Shown: positions 46,261 to 56,330 of the stretch, piece by piece
How the letters are laid out: every line of letters begins with the position of its first letter
Numbering within the stretch: the stretch's first letter is position 1
Assembly (NCBI GenBank): GCA_011605865.1
Contig: JAAOZI010000015.1
Location: 12,929-76,928, forward strand
From: Archaeoglobales archaeon
Lineage (GTDB): Archaea; Halobacteriota; Archaeoglobi; Archaeoglobales; Archaeoglobaceae
Direction: 5' to 3'
DNA: 64,000 nt
Position numbers and translations under genes: made by a program
The notes under the pieces: model-generated
The model's database searches: none
Told to the model about the DNA's origin: nothing
What the model saw: the letters and a program-made list of their open reading frames with translations, nothing else

Positions 46261-47511
46261 ATGCTTTCTAGAAAAGACGGTATTTTATTTATCGAAGGAG
46301 TTTCGAGTTTACAGCTTGCAGAAAAATTCGGAACACCACTTTATGTGACTTCCAAAGAACAGCTTGAAAGAAATATCCTCGCATATAGAGAAGCTTTTCC
46401 GGACTGCGAAATTCTTTACGCAGTAAAAGCAAACAATAATCTCGCAATAATGAAAATAATAGCAAAAAATGGATTTGGAGCAGACGTATTCAGCGCTGGA
46501 GAGCTTTACATGGCTTTGCTTGCAGGATTTCCAAAAGATAAAATCCTCTTTAACGGAAACTCAAAGAGTGATGATGAAATAGAGATGGGAGTCTCGGCAT
46601 GTGTAAAATTCAGCGTGGACAGCCTAGATGAGCTAAAAACTCTAGATAAAATCGCTGGAAAGTACGACAAGATGGTTGAAATAGCTTTTAGAATAAACCC
46701 GAATATAGATCCGAAAACACATCCAAAAATAGCCACCGGATTAAAGGAATCGAAATTCGGGATACAAATGGAGCAAGCCATAGAAGCTTATGAAGTCGCA
46801 ATGAAGTGCAAAAATATTAGGCCCGTTGGAATTCACTTCCACATCGGAAGTCAGATCCTTGAGACGTTACCATTTGTCGAAGCCCTGAAAAAGATTGAAG
46901 AACTTGCAATAGAGCTTGAGAAAATAGGGGTAAGACTAGAATTTATAGACATAGGTGGGGGGCTTGGAATAGACTACGAAGGAAAAGGTGCACCAACCCC
47001 GATGGATCTTGCAAGAGCAGTTCTTCCCGTTTTTGAAGATATTAGAGCTAGGTTGAGATCTAAGCCAAAACTTTGGCTTGAGCCGGGAAGGAGCATCGTC
47101 GGAAACACAACAGTTCTACTAACCAAAGTAAATGCTGTAAAGAAAGGATACAAGAACTTTGTAGCCGTTGATGCAGGCTTCAACATTCTAATCAGACCGG
47201 CTATGTACAACGCATATCATCGCGTTCTCGTTGCAAACAAGGAAGGGGAAGAGGAACTATACACAATAGTTGGCCCAATATGCGAGAGCGGAGATATTCT
47301 CGCAAAGGATAGAAGACTCCCTAGGATTGAGAAAGGAGATATTCTCGTTATACTGGACACAGGAGCATACGGATTTGCGATGAGCAGTCAGTATAACGGA
47401 AGACCGAGATGCGCCGAAGTGCTCGTTAGTGGCGAAAAAGTTGCCCTGATAAGAGAAAGAGAGAGCTTTGGAGATCTGATAGCGAAGCAAAGGATACCGG
47501 AATGGATTTAG
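46261..47511 (+). CDS. lysA: Diaminopimelate decarboxylase
   Basis: YAVKAN (PLP Lys), HFHIGSQ, GGGLGI and GPICESGD motifs. Confidence 0.92.
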   Translation: MLSRKDGILFIEGVSSLQLAEKFGTPLYVTSKEQLERNILAYREAFPDCEILYAVKANNNLAIMKIIAKNGFGADVFSAGELYMALLAGFPKDKILFNGNSKSDDEIEMGVSACVKFSVDSLDELKTLDKIAGKYDKMVEIAFRINPNIDPKTHPKIATGLKESKFGIQMEQAIEAYEVAMKCKNIRPVGIHFHIGSQILETLPFVEALKKIEELAIELEKIGVRLEFIDIGGGLGIDYEGKGAPTPMDLARAVLPVFEDIRARLRSKPKLWLEPGRSIVGNTTVLLTKVNAVKKGYKNFVAVDAGFNILIRPAMYNAYHRVLVANKEGEEELYTIVGPICESGDILAKDRRLPRIEKGDILVILDTGAYGFAMSSQYNGRPRCAEVLVSGEKVALIRERESFGDLIAKQRIPEWI

Positions 47512-47553
47512 AATAGCAGAAAAAATTATAATTTCACCTGTTAACTCAAAACT

Positions 47554-48036
47554 ATGAAATTCGAAGTTGTCCGAATAGATGTTCCGAAGGACTGCAACGT
47601 GATTCTCGGAATCGCACATTTCATAAAGACAGTAGAAGATCTCTACGAGGCTTTGGTGAATTCAGTACCTGGAATAAAATTTGGACTTGCATTTTGTGAA
47701 GCCTCTGGAAAATGCCTTGTGAGGCATGAAGGAAACGATACTGAACTAAGAGAACTGGCGGCAAAAAAAGCCCTTGAACTGGCTTGCGGGCATAGCTTTA
47801 TAATTTTTATAAAAAATGCATATCCCATAAATGTTCTTGGAAAAATAAAAGAGGTTCCAGAGGTCTGTAGTATAATTGCGGCCACTGCAAATCCACTCCA
47901 AGTCATAGTTGTTGAAACTGAACAGGGAAGGGGGATAATTGGAGTTGTAGACGGATTTAAGAGCAAAGGAATTGAAAAAGACGAAGATATTAAGGAGAGA
48001 AAAGAGTTTCTAAGAAAAATAGGCTATAAACTTTAG
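47554..48036 (+). CDS. PF04008-type (adenosine-specific-kinase-like) protein
   Basis: 160 aa. The pattern [17 protein letters not shown]...[10 protein letters not shown]...GHSFII matches this archaeal family from memory. Confidence 0.5.
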   Translation: MKFEVVRIDVPKDCNVILGIAHFIKTVEDLYEALVNSVPGIKFGLAFCEASGKCLVRHEGNDTELRELAAKKALELACGHSFIIFIKNAYPINVLGKIKEVPEVCSIIAATANPLQVIVVETEQGRGIIGVVDGFKSKGIEKDEDIKERKEFLRKIGYKL

Positions 48037-48037
48037 C

Positions 48038-49318
48038 ATGAAAACTTTCATCCTATTGTTTTTACTTCTAACTGTTGCAAGCGCAGGAGAAATAGTAGTT
48101 GTAAAGATAAAGGGAGAGATAAATGAGGGAACCGTTGTCGAAATTCAAAATGCCTACGAAGTTGCAAAAAAAGAAAATGCCGAAATTCTTCTTGTAGAAC
48201 TCGACACTCCAGGAGGTCTTTTTTCATCTACGCAGAAAATAGTTGAAATGTTTCTGAGAAGTGAAATTCCCGTAGTAGCCTACGTTGAAAGAGGATCTAT
48301 CTGCGCTTCAGCTGGAACTGTAATTCTTCTCTCTTCCCACATCGCAGCTCTAGCAAACGGTACGGCTGTTGGGGCCGCTACCCCAGTCGGAATGACTCCG
48401 GGAACCGAAAACAAAACAATAAATTATATAGCAAGCTACGTGAAGGATTTAGCAAGTGTAAGAGGGAGAAATGCTGAAGTTGCCGAAAAATTTGTAACTG
48501 AAGGATTGAGTTTGACTGCAAGAGAAGCATATGAACTCGGAATTGTTGAGATTCTTGCGAACAGCAGAGATGAACTAATAAAAGAACTTGACGGTAGAAA
48601 GATCGCAATCAATGGGATGGAAAAAATCTTAGATACAAAAACATACAGGATAATCGAGGTTGGTAGGCCTTTAAAGGCGGAAATCTATAGTTTTATCTCA
48701 AATCCCGCGATAGCTGTTGTGATGTTGATGGTTGGAATATATTTACTAATATTTGGTTTAACTTCTCCCGGAATGTTTGCAGAAATAATCGGAGCAATTC
48801 TTCTTTTATTAGCTTTGGCAGGACTTGGATTTGTAAATTTGGATTACTTAGGAATTCTCCTGATATTTCTCGGTATTATATTCTTAATTGCAGAGATTTT
48901 AACTCCAACCTACGGCGCTCTTAGTGTTGCATCCATTATTTCTATTATGCTTGGCTTAATGGTTCTGGTGAAAGAACCTCTGATGCCACAAGAGTTTTAC
49001 GATTTCTTCCTAAAATTTGCGATAGGAATTGGCGTTGGAATTGCTGTAGTCATGACTTTTATAATAATTAAGATAATAAAAGTCAGGAGAAAGAGGAGCT
49101 CGGTGGGTGAAGTAGTTGGACTTAGGGGAGAAGTTCTAGAGTTCAAAGACGGACACGGATTTGCAAAAATTCGGGGGGAGATATGGAGCATAGAATCCGA
49201 GGAGAAGCTATCAAAGGGGGACGAGATACTCGTGATTTCGAGAGATGGGCTGAAGCTGAAGGTGAGGAGAGTTGAAGATCGAAGAGGAGCTCAAAGTGGA
49301 GACAGAGAAGTGGCTTGA
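48038..49318 (+). CDS. NfeD-family membrane-bound ClpP-class serine protease (long form)
   Basis: N-terminal signal/TM, a ClpP-like domain (LDTPGGL, CASAGT), a 4-5 TM block and a C-terminal OB-like domain (GFAKIRGEIWS). Confidence 0.85.
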   Translation: MKTFILLFLLLTVASAGEIVVVKIKGEINEGTVVEIQNAYEVAKKENAEILLVELDTPGGLFSSTQKIVEMFLRSEIPVVAYVERGSICASAGTVILLSSHIAALANGTAVGAATPVGMTPGTENKTINYIASYVKDLASVRGRNAEVAEKFVTEGLSLTAREAYELGIVEILANSRDELIKELDGRKIAINGMEKILDTKTYRIIEVGRPLKAEIYSFISNPAIAVVMLMVGIYLLIFGLTSPGMFAEIIGAILLLLALAGLGFVNLDYLGILLIFLGIIFLIAEILTPTYGALSVASIISIMLGLMVLVKEPLMPQEFYDFFLKFAIGIGVGIAVVMTFIIIKIIKVRRKRSSVGEVVGLRGEVLEFKDGHGFAKIRGEIWSIESEEKLSKGDEILVISRDGLKLKVRRVEDRRGAQSGDREVA

Positions 49319-49555
49319 GAAGCTAAAAGAAAAATCCCGAAGATCTATGGAGACAGAAATTTCATAAATAACATAATGGCATATGAAAAGGACAGTAGAT
49401 ATTTTTTGGAAAAAGGAGAATTGGTTAAAGCGTTTGAATGCATCGTGTGGGCATGGGCCTGGTTTGAAATCGGTTTAGAGGTGGGAAAGATTGCGATTAG
49501 GCCAGCACATGCTGGTAAACAGGAAAATAGCAGAAAGAATGGCGAAATATGCTGA
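49272..49555 (+). pseudogene. DUF357-family gene split by a frameshift in an A-rich tract
   Basis: The N-terminal helix LKIEEELKVETEKWLEKLKEK (frame of 49272) stops at 49365. The conserved core [35 protein letters not shown] is in the other frame (ATG 49376, stop 49553-49555). Confidence 0.5.
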
Positions 49556-50222
49556 TTTGAAAGAAAATGACATCGTTCTTGAAGTTGGTTGCGGAACCGG
49601 GAACCTTACAGCGATTCTTTTGAGAAGTTCCCGAGTTATTGGAATAGAGAAGGATCTAAAAATGATCGAAAAGTTGAAGGAAAGATTCAAAAATGAAATC
49701 TCAAATGGGCGATTTCGTTTAATACATGCAGACGCTCTTGATATCGATTTTCCAATTTTCAACAAATTCGTTTCAAACATTCCATACGAGATTTCCTCTC
49801 CACTGATTTTCAAGCTTTTTAGATACAAATTTGATCTTGCGGTAATAATGCTACAGAAAGAGTTTGCTGAAAGGCTTTGCAAGGAAGATAGCAGGCTGGG
49901 GGTGATTTCGAAAGCATACTGCACTTGTAGAATTTTGGAGGTAGTTGGTAGAGAAAATTTCAGACCGGTACCCAAGGTTGATTCTGCAATAGTTCTAATA
50001 GAGCCGAAACCAAAGATAACTGTCAAGAACCGAGATCTTTTTGAAAAGTTTGTGACCTTTGCTTTTTCAATGAAGAGAAAAAGAATGCAAACCATAGTTA
50101 GAGAGTTCAAAAAAGTCTGCGGCATAGAGCTAAACTTAGATGCAACACTGGCTTTTCGAAGACCTGAGGAAATTGGAGCCAGTGGATTTATGAGGGTCGT
50201 AGATGATATACGAACCGGCTGA
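49491..50222 (+). CDS. rsmA: 16S rRNA (adenine1518/1519-N6) dimethyltransferase
   Basis: [18 protein letters not shown] and [10 protein letters not shown] motifs. Confidence 0.92.
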   Translation: MRLGQHMLVNRKIAERMAKYADLKENDIVLEVGCGTGNLTAILLRSSRVIGIEKDLKMIEKLKERFKNEISNGRFRLIHADALDIDFPIFNKFVSNIPYEISSPLIFKLFRYKFDLAVIMLQKEFAERLCKEDSRLGVISKAYCTCRILEVVGRENFRPVPKVDSAIVLIEPKPKITVKNRDLFEKFVTFAFSMKRKRMQTIVREFKKVCGIELNLDATLAFRRPEEIGASGFMRVVDDIRTG

Positions 50223-50736
50223 AGACAGTGAGCTCCTTCTTAGAGCCGCATTAAAGGAAGTGAAAAAGGATGACACTGTAATTGAAATCGGAGCCGGAAG
50301 CGGTTTCGTCGCAGAAAATTTAGTTGATAAGTGTAGTTTTCTACTCACTACCGACATCTCCCCATTTGCCGTTAGAGAGCTGAAAAAGAAAAAACTCAAT
50401 GTCATAAGAACCGATATCGCGAAGGGGGTAAAGAAGAAGTTCTCACTCGTCCTATTCAATCCCCCATATCTTGAACTAGAAAACGAACTAAAAAGGGGTT
50501 TTTGGGAAGACTGCAGCATCAATGGAGGTAAAGAAGGAATTGAGGTGATCAGCAAATTTCTCGATACACTAAGGGATTTCATGGACAAAAAAGGCAGAGC
50601 TATAATTGTCGTTTCATCTCTAAATCCAAGAGTTTTCGACGAGATTAAAAAGAGGGGTTTTATTTTTGAGATAATAGATGAAGAAAAATTGTTCTTTGAA
50701 AAGCTATATGCAGTTAAAATTTTGTTACCAGAATAA
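50203..50736 (+). CDS. HemK/PrmC-like SAM-dependent methyltransferase (NPPY class)
   Basis: Motif [11 protein letters not shown] and motif IV LFNPPY. Confidence 0.75.
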   Translation: MIYEPAEDSELLLRAALKEVKKDDTVIEIGAGSGFVAENLVDKCSFLLTTDISPFAVRELKKKKLNVIRTDIAKGVKKKFSLVLFNPPYLELENELKRGFWEDCSINGGKEGIEVISKFLDTLRDFMDKKGRAIIVVSSLNPRVFDEIKKRGFIFEIIDEEKLFFEKLYAVKILLPE

Positions 50737-51265
50737 CCTCTTTATTGTTTATTTCTATACCATCTTCAGTTCTTGCAATCCCTTTTTCAACTATCACTTT
50801 CTCCCCGCATTTCGGCTTCCCTGGACTTGAAACTATTATATAAACACCATCTCCTACACAACTCAGTCTTTTAACTGTCTTCTTGCAATCTGTACAAGTT
50901 CCAAAAAAAGATTTGAGTCTCTCAACAACCTCATCGTTCAAATGATGTTCCAGCTCGCAGGCAAGTCTCGAGGCTATTGAGTCCTCCACACCTATAAACT
51001 TAAAAAATCCAAAAGCCACTGAATAGCGCTTTTTTACTCTCTCGGCAATTTCTTCACCACTTTTGGTAAGAACAACACCCCTATACGGGCTATAATCTAC
51101 ATATCCTTTTTCTCTGAGCTTTATAAGCATTTCCGTTACACTGGCTGGTTTTACATTCAAAATTTTGGCAATATCTCCAGTTTTTGCTATCTTTCCCCTT
51201 CTTTGTAGGTCATATATTGCTTCGAGATATTCTTCAACTCTTTCCACAAAAAAAGTAGTATTCAA
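50714..51265 (-). CDS. DtxR-family metal-dependent transcriptional repressor with C-terminal Cys-containing/FeoA-like domain
   Basis: wHTH N-terminus ([10 protein letters not shown]...[16 protein letters not shown]) and a dimerisation domain. Confidence 0.8.
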   Translation of the reverse strand: MNTTFFVERVEEYLEAIYDLQRRGKIAKTGDIAKILNVKPASVTEMLIKLREKGYVDYSPYRGVVLTKSGEEIAERVKKRYSVAFGFFKFIGVEDSIASRLACELEHHLNDEVVERLKSFFGTCTDCKKTVKRLSCVGDGVYIIVSSPGKPKCGEKVIVEKGIARTEDGIEINNKEVILVTKF

Positions 51266-51281
51266 AAATTAATAGGTTTCG

Positions 51282-53222
51282 TCATTTAACCTTAGTCCCA
51301 GCTGCTACCTCTTTCTCAGGAACAAGTAAAACCGCCTTACCTCCTACGTCTGCAGCAAGAATCATTCCCTTACTCTCGACACCCATTATCTTCGCAGGCT
51401 TTAAATTTGCAATAACAACTACTAGTTTTCCGATTAAATCTTCCGGTCTGTGATTTTCCGCTATTCCTGCTACCAACTGCCTTTTTTCGTCTCCTATATC
51501 TACAAGAAGCTTCAAAAGTTTTTTACTTTTTTCTATTTTCTTAGCGTCTAAAATTTTCCCGATTCTTATATCCAGCTTTCGAAATTCTTCTATAGAAATC
51601 TCTGGTTTTTCGGCAAACCTATCGAAAAGGGATTTTTTAAGTTTCTCTATCTCCTCATCTTCTATCTTCTCAAAAGGAATTTCCGGCTTGGAAATAACTA
51701 CCTCATCATCTATTTTCATGACATCATCAATCGAACAAGTCCTGACGTCTAGTCCGATGCTCTTCGCGATTTTTTCCATGCTTTTCGGCATGACTGGATA
51801 GCTGAATATAACTAGGGCTTTGACGAGCTGCAATGCGTTTGCAACAACTTTCATAGCTTTATCTTTATCGTATTTTATCAAATCCCACGGTTTAGAATTC
51901 TGGAAGTAAGAATTTCCAAAACTAGCCAACTCCATTATTGCATCAGTTGCAACCTTAAATTCCCACTTTTTTATAGCTTCCACTATTCTCTCCCTTGTCA
52001 TTGAAATTTTTTCCATTATCTCTCCATCAACCTCCATTTTGATTTTTCCAAAATTCTTCCAAGCAAAGCTGAGAATTCTGAACAAAAAGTTTCCAAAAGT
52101 TGCTATGATCTCGTTATTCACCTTCTCCTTAAACGTATCCCAAGAGAAGTTCAGATCTTTTTCATGGCTGGTGTAATTTACAATATAATATCTCAAATAA
52201 TCGGGATTTAGACTTGCCTTCAGATACTCATCTTCTACCCAGACAACGTAGCCTCTGCTTTTTGAGAATGTTTTCCCTTCCACTTTAACCATGCCGCTTG
52301 CAACTACTGCGCTGGGCAGGGCATAGCCAGCGGCTTTGAGCATTGAAGGCCAGAAAATGCAGTGATGATACGCTATGTCTAAGCCTATAAAATGAATTAT
52401 TTCTGCCTCGCCATCGATCCAGATTTTCTTCCAATCGTTTGTCAGCTGTTCCGTGAAGCTTATATAGCCGATCGGAGCATCTACCCATACATAAAGCACA
52501 AGACTTTCATCTAGAGGGAACTTGACTCCCCATTCCAGGTCGCGAGTTATGCACCAGTCCCTGAGATTGTTGACCCATTCCTTGGCATAATTTATTGCAT
52601 TCTCAGTTCCAGAAACTCTGGAAAGATATTCCTTTAGAAATTCTTGGAAAGCCGTTAACTTGAAGAAGTAATGCGTTCTTTTTTTGAACACCGCTCTATT
52701 CCCACATATTTTACATCTTGGTTCAAGTATCTCACCCGGCTCTAAATGTCTCCCGCAACCCTGGTCACATTCGTCTCCCCTTGCGGGAGTTTTGCAGTAT
52801 GGGCATATGCCCTCAACGTATCTGTCAGGTAGAAATCTTTTGCAGCTCTCACAGTAGGCTAGCTCGATTTCTTTACTGTAAACATATCCGTTCTCAATCA
52901 GCCTATTAACAATTTCCCTAGTCCTTTCATGATGGTATTTTTCAGTCGTTTTTCCAAAGAAATCGAATTCAACTGCTAGCTCCTTAAAAACTCTGAGAAA
53001 ATGTTCGTGATATTTCTCAACAAGCTCCTCCGGTTTAAGACCTTCCCTTTCTGCATTCACAACAATAGGTGTTCCGTGGCAGTCACTACCGCAGATAAAA
53101 ATTACTTTCTCGTTCATCATTCTAAGAAATCTCACATAAACGTCTGCGGGAATGTAAGTTCTCATGTGACCGATATGAAGCTTTCCATTGGCATATGGCA
53201 GTCCGCAAGTGACAAGCTTCAT
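51282..53222 (-). CDS. metG: Methionyl-tRNA synthetase with C-terminal EMAP/Trbp111-like tRNA-binding domain
   Basis: LPYANGKLHIGH (HIGH), Zn knuckles CPYC/CKIC, KFSKSRG (KMSKS-type) and a C-terminal OB domain. I chose the ATG at 53222; the upstream 38 codons are hydrophobic read-through of the intergenic region. Confidence 0.92.
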   Translation of the reverse strand: MKLVTCGLPYANGKLHIGHMRTYIPADVYVRFLRMMNEKVIFICGSDCHGTPIVVNAEREGLKPEELVEKYHEHFLRVFKELAVEFDFFGKTTEKYHHERTREIVNRLIENGYVYSKEIELAYCESCKRFLPDRYVEGICPYCKTPARGDECDQGCGRHLEPGEILEPRCKICGNRAVFKKRTHYFFKLTAFQEFLKEYLSRVSGTENAINYAKEWVNNLRDWCITRDLEWGVKFPLDESLVLYVWVDAPIGYISFTEQLTNDWKKIWIDGEAEIIHFIGLDIAYHHCIFWPSMLKAAGYALPSAVVASGMVKVEGKTFSKSRGYVVWVEDEYLKASLNPDYLRYYIVNYTSHEKDLNFSWDTFKEKVNNEIIATFGNFLFRILSFAWKNFGKIKMEVDGEIMEKISMTRERIVEAIKKWEFKVATDAIMELASFGNSYFQNSKPWDLIKYDKDKAMKVVANALQLVKALVIFSYPVMPKSMEKIAKSIGLDVRTCSIDDVMKIDDEVVISKPEIPFEKIEDEEIEKLKKSLFDRFAEKPEISIEEFRKLDIRIGKILDAKKIEKSKKLLKLLVDIGDEKRQLVAGIAENHRPEDLIGKLVVVIANLKPAKIMGVESKGMILAADVGGKAVLLVPEKEVAAGTKVK

Positions 53223-53335
53223 AGCAGAAGAAAGGTCGTAGATTAAATATGTTTGCGTTTGAAAAAATTTAATTTTTGTAACACTAAGTAATAAAAACAG
53301 AAAAGTTATCAACTTAACTAACATCAAAAATTCCA

Positions 53336-54139
53336 CATATTCCCGATGGGTATCTGGATCTTAACATTGCAGCGACATTCTTTATTCTCTCAATTCTGGT
53401 TTTGGGTTATTCGATGATAAGGATTAGGAAAGAGAAACTTACAACTCTTTTCGGGGTTGTCGCAGGAGCAATATTTGTTGCCCAAATGTTAAACTGGCCG
53501 ATTCCGGGAGGTACCTCCGCACATTTTGTTGGTGGAGCTTTGGCAGCGATCCTGCTAGGACCCTACGCAGGAGCACTAGCGATGGCGATAGTTTTGACAA
53601 TTCAGGCAATCGTTTTTAACGACGGAGGAATAACAGCATGGGGTGCAAACGTTTGGAATATGGCCATAGTAAATGTTTTCCTAGGTTACTACATTTATAG
53701 AGCCCTAAAAAGATTCGGCGTTTCCATTGCCTCTTTCTTCGCCGGCTGGATAGGAATAACAGTTGCGGCAATTTTTGCAGGGGTAGAAATAGGGCTATCA
53801 ACAAGCGCAGTTAGTTACATTGCAACAAGAAGACCTGAAGCACTGGAAAAGAAGGAAATTGGAAAGGTTCCAATCGTAATCGTAGGAATCCTGCTAATCC
53901 TCACGCCCGTATTTGCATATCTCTCCGAAGAAGTTGGATATTCGGAACCGCTGGATAAAGCCGCTGAAATACTTGGACTTGAGGAAAACAAGATTTACGA
54001 GGGTATTTTTCCAGACTATACGATTCCTGGACTTGATCCATACCTCGGGACACTGATAAGCGGAATTATTGGATTGGTAATAGTTTTGCTTCTCGCTATT
54101 GGTCTAAAGTATGCATATTCTTCTAGAAAGAACCCTTAA
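53336..54139 (+). CDS. cbiM: CbiM/NikM-type ECF-transporter substrate component fused to a PDGLE-like C-terminal domain; no canonical start codon before the conserved N-terminus
   Basis: The conserved HIPDGYL is encoded at 53336-53356 in frame with the listed ORF (GGTSAHFVGG, FNDGGITAWGAN), but it is preceded by CCA. No ATG/GTG/TTG lies between the upstream stop (53315) and this point. Confidence 0.65.
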   Translation, partial: HIPDGYLDLNIAATFFILSILVLGYSMIRIRKEKLTTLFGVVAGAIFVAQMLNWPIPGGTSAHFVGGALAAILLGPYAGALAMAIVLTIQAIVFNDGGITAWGANVWNMAIVNVFLGYYIYRALKRFGVSIASFFAGWIGITVAAIFAGVEIGLSTSAVSYIATRRPEALEKKEIGKVPIVIVGILLILTPVFAYLSEEVGYSEPLDKAAEILGLEENKIYEGIFPDYTIPGLDPYLGTLISGIIGLVIVLLLAIGLKYAYSSRKNP

Positions 54140-54842
54140 AAACGCTTCAGGATATTTTCAGAATTTTTTGATCCACGAGTACAAGGAAAAAGGTATAATC
54201 CATCGAGTTGACGGTAAGGTAAAATTATTTTCCAGTCTATTGTTCGTTCTGTTAGCCGTATCAACCTTTGAGCTCAAAAAACTCCTTTTTCTGCTTTTTT
54301 CAATCTTGATCGTTTCGGTTGTGCTTGGACTTAGCTTAAAGAGTATTATAAAAAGAGTTTGGCTGTTTACAACATTCTCATTTATCGTTGTACTACCCTT
54401 CCTTTTCTCAGACATCTCTTACCCATTTGCCTTCGCAATTCGTGTCCTAATTTCTTTAATTTCAATCCAGATGCTCGTAATGAGCACAAGTTTTTACGAA
54501 ATATGCTCAGCATTGAAGGCCCTAAAAGTTCCCGATGCATTTGTAAAACCTTTGTAGCTTGCCTACAGTCATATTATCACCATGTTCAGGGATCTAATAA
54601 ATATAATGATAGCCCGTGAAAGCAGGAGAATTAGCAAAGGAAGTCACAGAGAAATTTGGAAAAAAGGAGGGGAGGCATTGGGTCTATTCTTTCTTAGAAG
54701 CCTAGAAAAGGCTGAAATTTTGCAACTCGCAATTATTTCAAGAGGTGACAAGGTAATCGCTGTAAAGGGGAAATTCGGAATAGCCGAAATCTCTTATATA
54801 TCGATCGTTGCGTTTATTGTTCTGTGGTGGATTACGCTGTAA
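54111..54842 (+). pseudogene. cbiQ: CbiQ-type ECF transporter T component interrupted by a single in-frame TAG
   Basis: The two listed ORFs (54111-54557 and 54582-54842) are in the same frame. The TAG at 54555-54557 sits inside the conserved VP..F...L.L.Y..I segment, and ARESRR follows. Confidence 0.7.
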
Positions 54843-55519
54843 TCGCTAATAACGTGAGCTATAGATATCCTGATGGTAGTCTAGGCGTTGAAAATGTAAG
54901 TTTAGAAATTAAAAAGGGAGAAAAAGTAGCAGTAATAGGCGAAAACGGGAGCGGAAAAACAACTCTGATTTTCCTGCTCTCCGGTCTGTTAAAACCAAGT
55001 GAGGGGGAAGTGAAAATTCTGGGTTTCACAAACAAACAAATAGAAGAAATAAGAAAAAGAGTCGGAGTTGTATTTCAAAACCCAGATGACTTTCTCTTTA
55101 ACCCCTCTGTTAGAGATGAACTTCTTTACGTTCCTAGACAGCTTGGATTGAGCGAAAAAGAGATGGAAGAAATAATTCGAAGATTTTCAGAGCTCTTCGG
55201 ACTTAAAGACGTTCTTGAAAAGCCTCCATTTAGATTAAGTGGTGGTGAAAAAAAGAAGGTTGGAATAGCGAGTGTACTCGTATATACTCCAGAAATCGTT
55301 TTCCTTGATGAACCAACAGCAAACGTTGATGCAAAAACAAGAAAGCTTGTAGGGGAAATAATTACTAGCTACAATGGGACCGTAGTTGTTGCAACACATG
55401 ACCTCGAAATCGCTGAAAAATGCGAAAGAGCAATAGTAATGAAAAAAGGAAAGGTTATCTTTGATTCCAAATTTAAATCAATAGACGAACGTATCCTTGA
55501 AATTGCAGGTGTTATTTAG
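54824..55519 (+). CDS. cbiO: ECF/cobalt transporter ATPase component
   Basis: Walker A GENGSGKT, signature LSGGEKKKV and Walker B VFLDEPT. Confidence 0.9.
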   Translation: MVDYAVIANNVSYRYPDGSLGVENVSLEIKKGEKVAVIGENGSGKTTLIFLLSGLLKPSEGEVKILGFTNKQIEEIRKRVGVVFQNPDDFLFNPSVRDELLYVPRQLGLSEKEMEEIIRRFSELFGLKDVLEKPPFRLSGGEKKKVGIASVLVYTPEIVFLDEPTANVDAKTRKLVGEIITSYNGTVVVATHDLEIAEKCERAIVMKKGKVIFDSKFKSIDERILEIAGVI

Positions 55520-55526
55520 GTTTTGA

Positions 55527-56315
55527 CTGACCTCTTTCCCGTCCTGAAGGGCGAAGTTTTCTAGGGCGGATCATTAGTCTGTGGTTTACCGCTTTCATTT
55601 TCATCACTTCATAGCTGCTGAGCGTTTTCACTACCCCCGCTCCGTTCGTCCAGTAGACTAAGCTGACTCGGGGATATGTAGGATGTTTCCTGCACTATTT
55701 AAGTCAGCATTTATGGCTTTTCCTGTGCGGGACACTTATAGAGGCCGTTTAATTCGCCCATTTTTATGGGTATGCCCGCACAGGGAGCAGTCCTTTGATG
55801 TGTTTGGTTCACCAACATCAGTCACCTTAATTCCCAACTCCTCGCCGACCTCCTTAAAGCGCTTTATGATGTAGCTGTATTTCCAGAAGTTCACCGTAAG
55901 CTTTTGCCCTGATTTCTGGCAACTCCTTTTGGATAGCTAACAACCTTTCTTACTCCCCTCTCTTTCAGCTCCTCCACTTGGGCAAATTTCCCTCCCCCTT
56001 TTCCTCAATTAAGGAGAAGAAGCTTCTCCAGTTTTCAGCGTTCTTTCTGGCAACTTGCTGCGCGTTGACCTTCAATGCGTGCTTTTACTTCTCCTATACT
56101 TCTTTTTCAGACTTAGCAAAGTCCACCTTTTCTCCTTTCTTGAACTGCTGCATTCTCCCATTTCACTTCGTTCCAGCACTTTGCTGTACTTACGCCCAGC
56201 TCCTTCAGCTTCTCATGTTTCTCCTTGTCCACCACTAGCTTAACCACGTTAGTCCTTTTCATCTTTCACCCACTGCTCCTAGAAGGGGGCGAGACTTGGC
56301 ATCCTTTTTGTCAAA
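55527..56315 (-). mobile_element. tnpB: Degraded IS200/IS605-family element: tnpB pseudogene (internal deletion, several frameshifts and stops) with left- and right-end hairpins (end type A)
   Basis: Minus-strand translation gives MKRTNVVKLVVDKEKHEKLKELGVSTAKCWNEV..., then ...QQVARKNAENWRSFFSLIEEKGEGNLPKW, then jumps to ...EPNTSKTCSLCGHTHKNG...YKCP...INADLNSAGNIL in shifting frames. The right end is ccgtcctgaagggcgaag and the left end is ctagaagggggcgagact. Confidence 0.8.
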
Positions 56316-56330
56316 TGATTAGAAACAAAA

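Noticed and set aside
49475-50125. 216-aa ORF antisense to ksgA, plus the 150-aa ORF at 50136-50588 antisense to the methyltransferase
   Set aside because: Both lie opposite genes with clear catalytic motifs. The sequences are low-complexity and show no SD or promoter context.
53223-53336. 38-codon N-terminal extension of metG in the listed ORF
   Set aside because: The extension is hydrophobic and AT-rich, and it runs through the divergent promoter region. The conserved MetRS N-terminus (KLVTCGLPYANG) starts right after the ATG at 53222.
54555-54557. In-frame TAG in cbiQ, considered as a pyrrolysine codon
   Set aside because: No pylTSBCD genes are in the window. Pyl is not known in this kind of archaeon, and cbiQ is not a Pyl-containing family. 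A nonsense mutation or a sequencing error is more parsimonious.
55683-56243. Three + strand ORFs (63, 86 and 62 aa) between cbiO and the MBL gene
   Set aside because: They lie antisense to the recognisable tnpB pseudogene and have Leu/Phe/Ser-rich nonsense composition.
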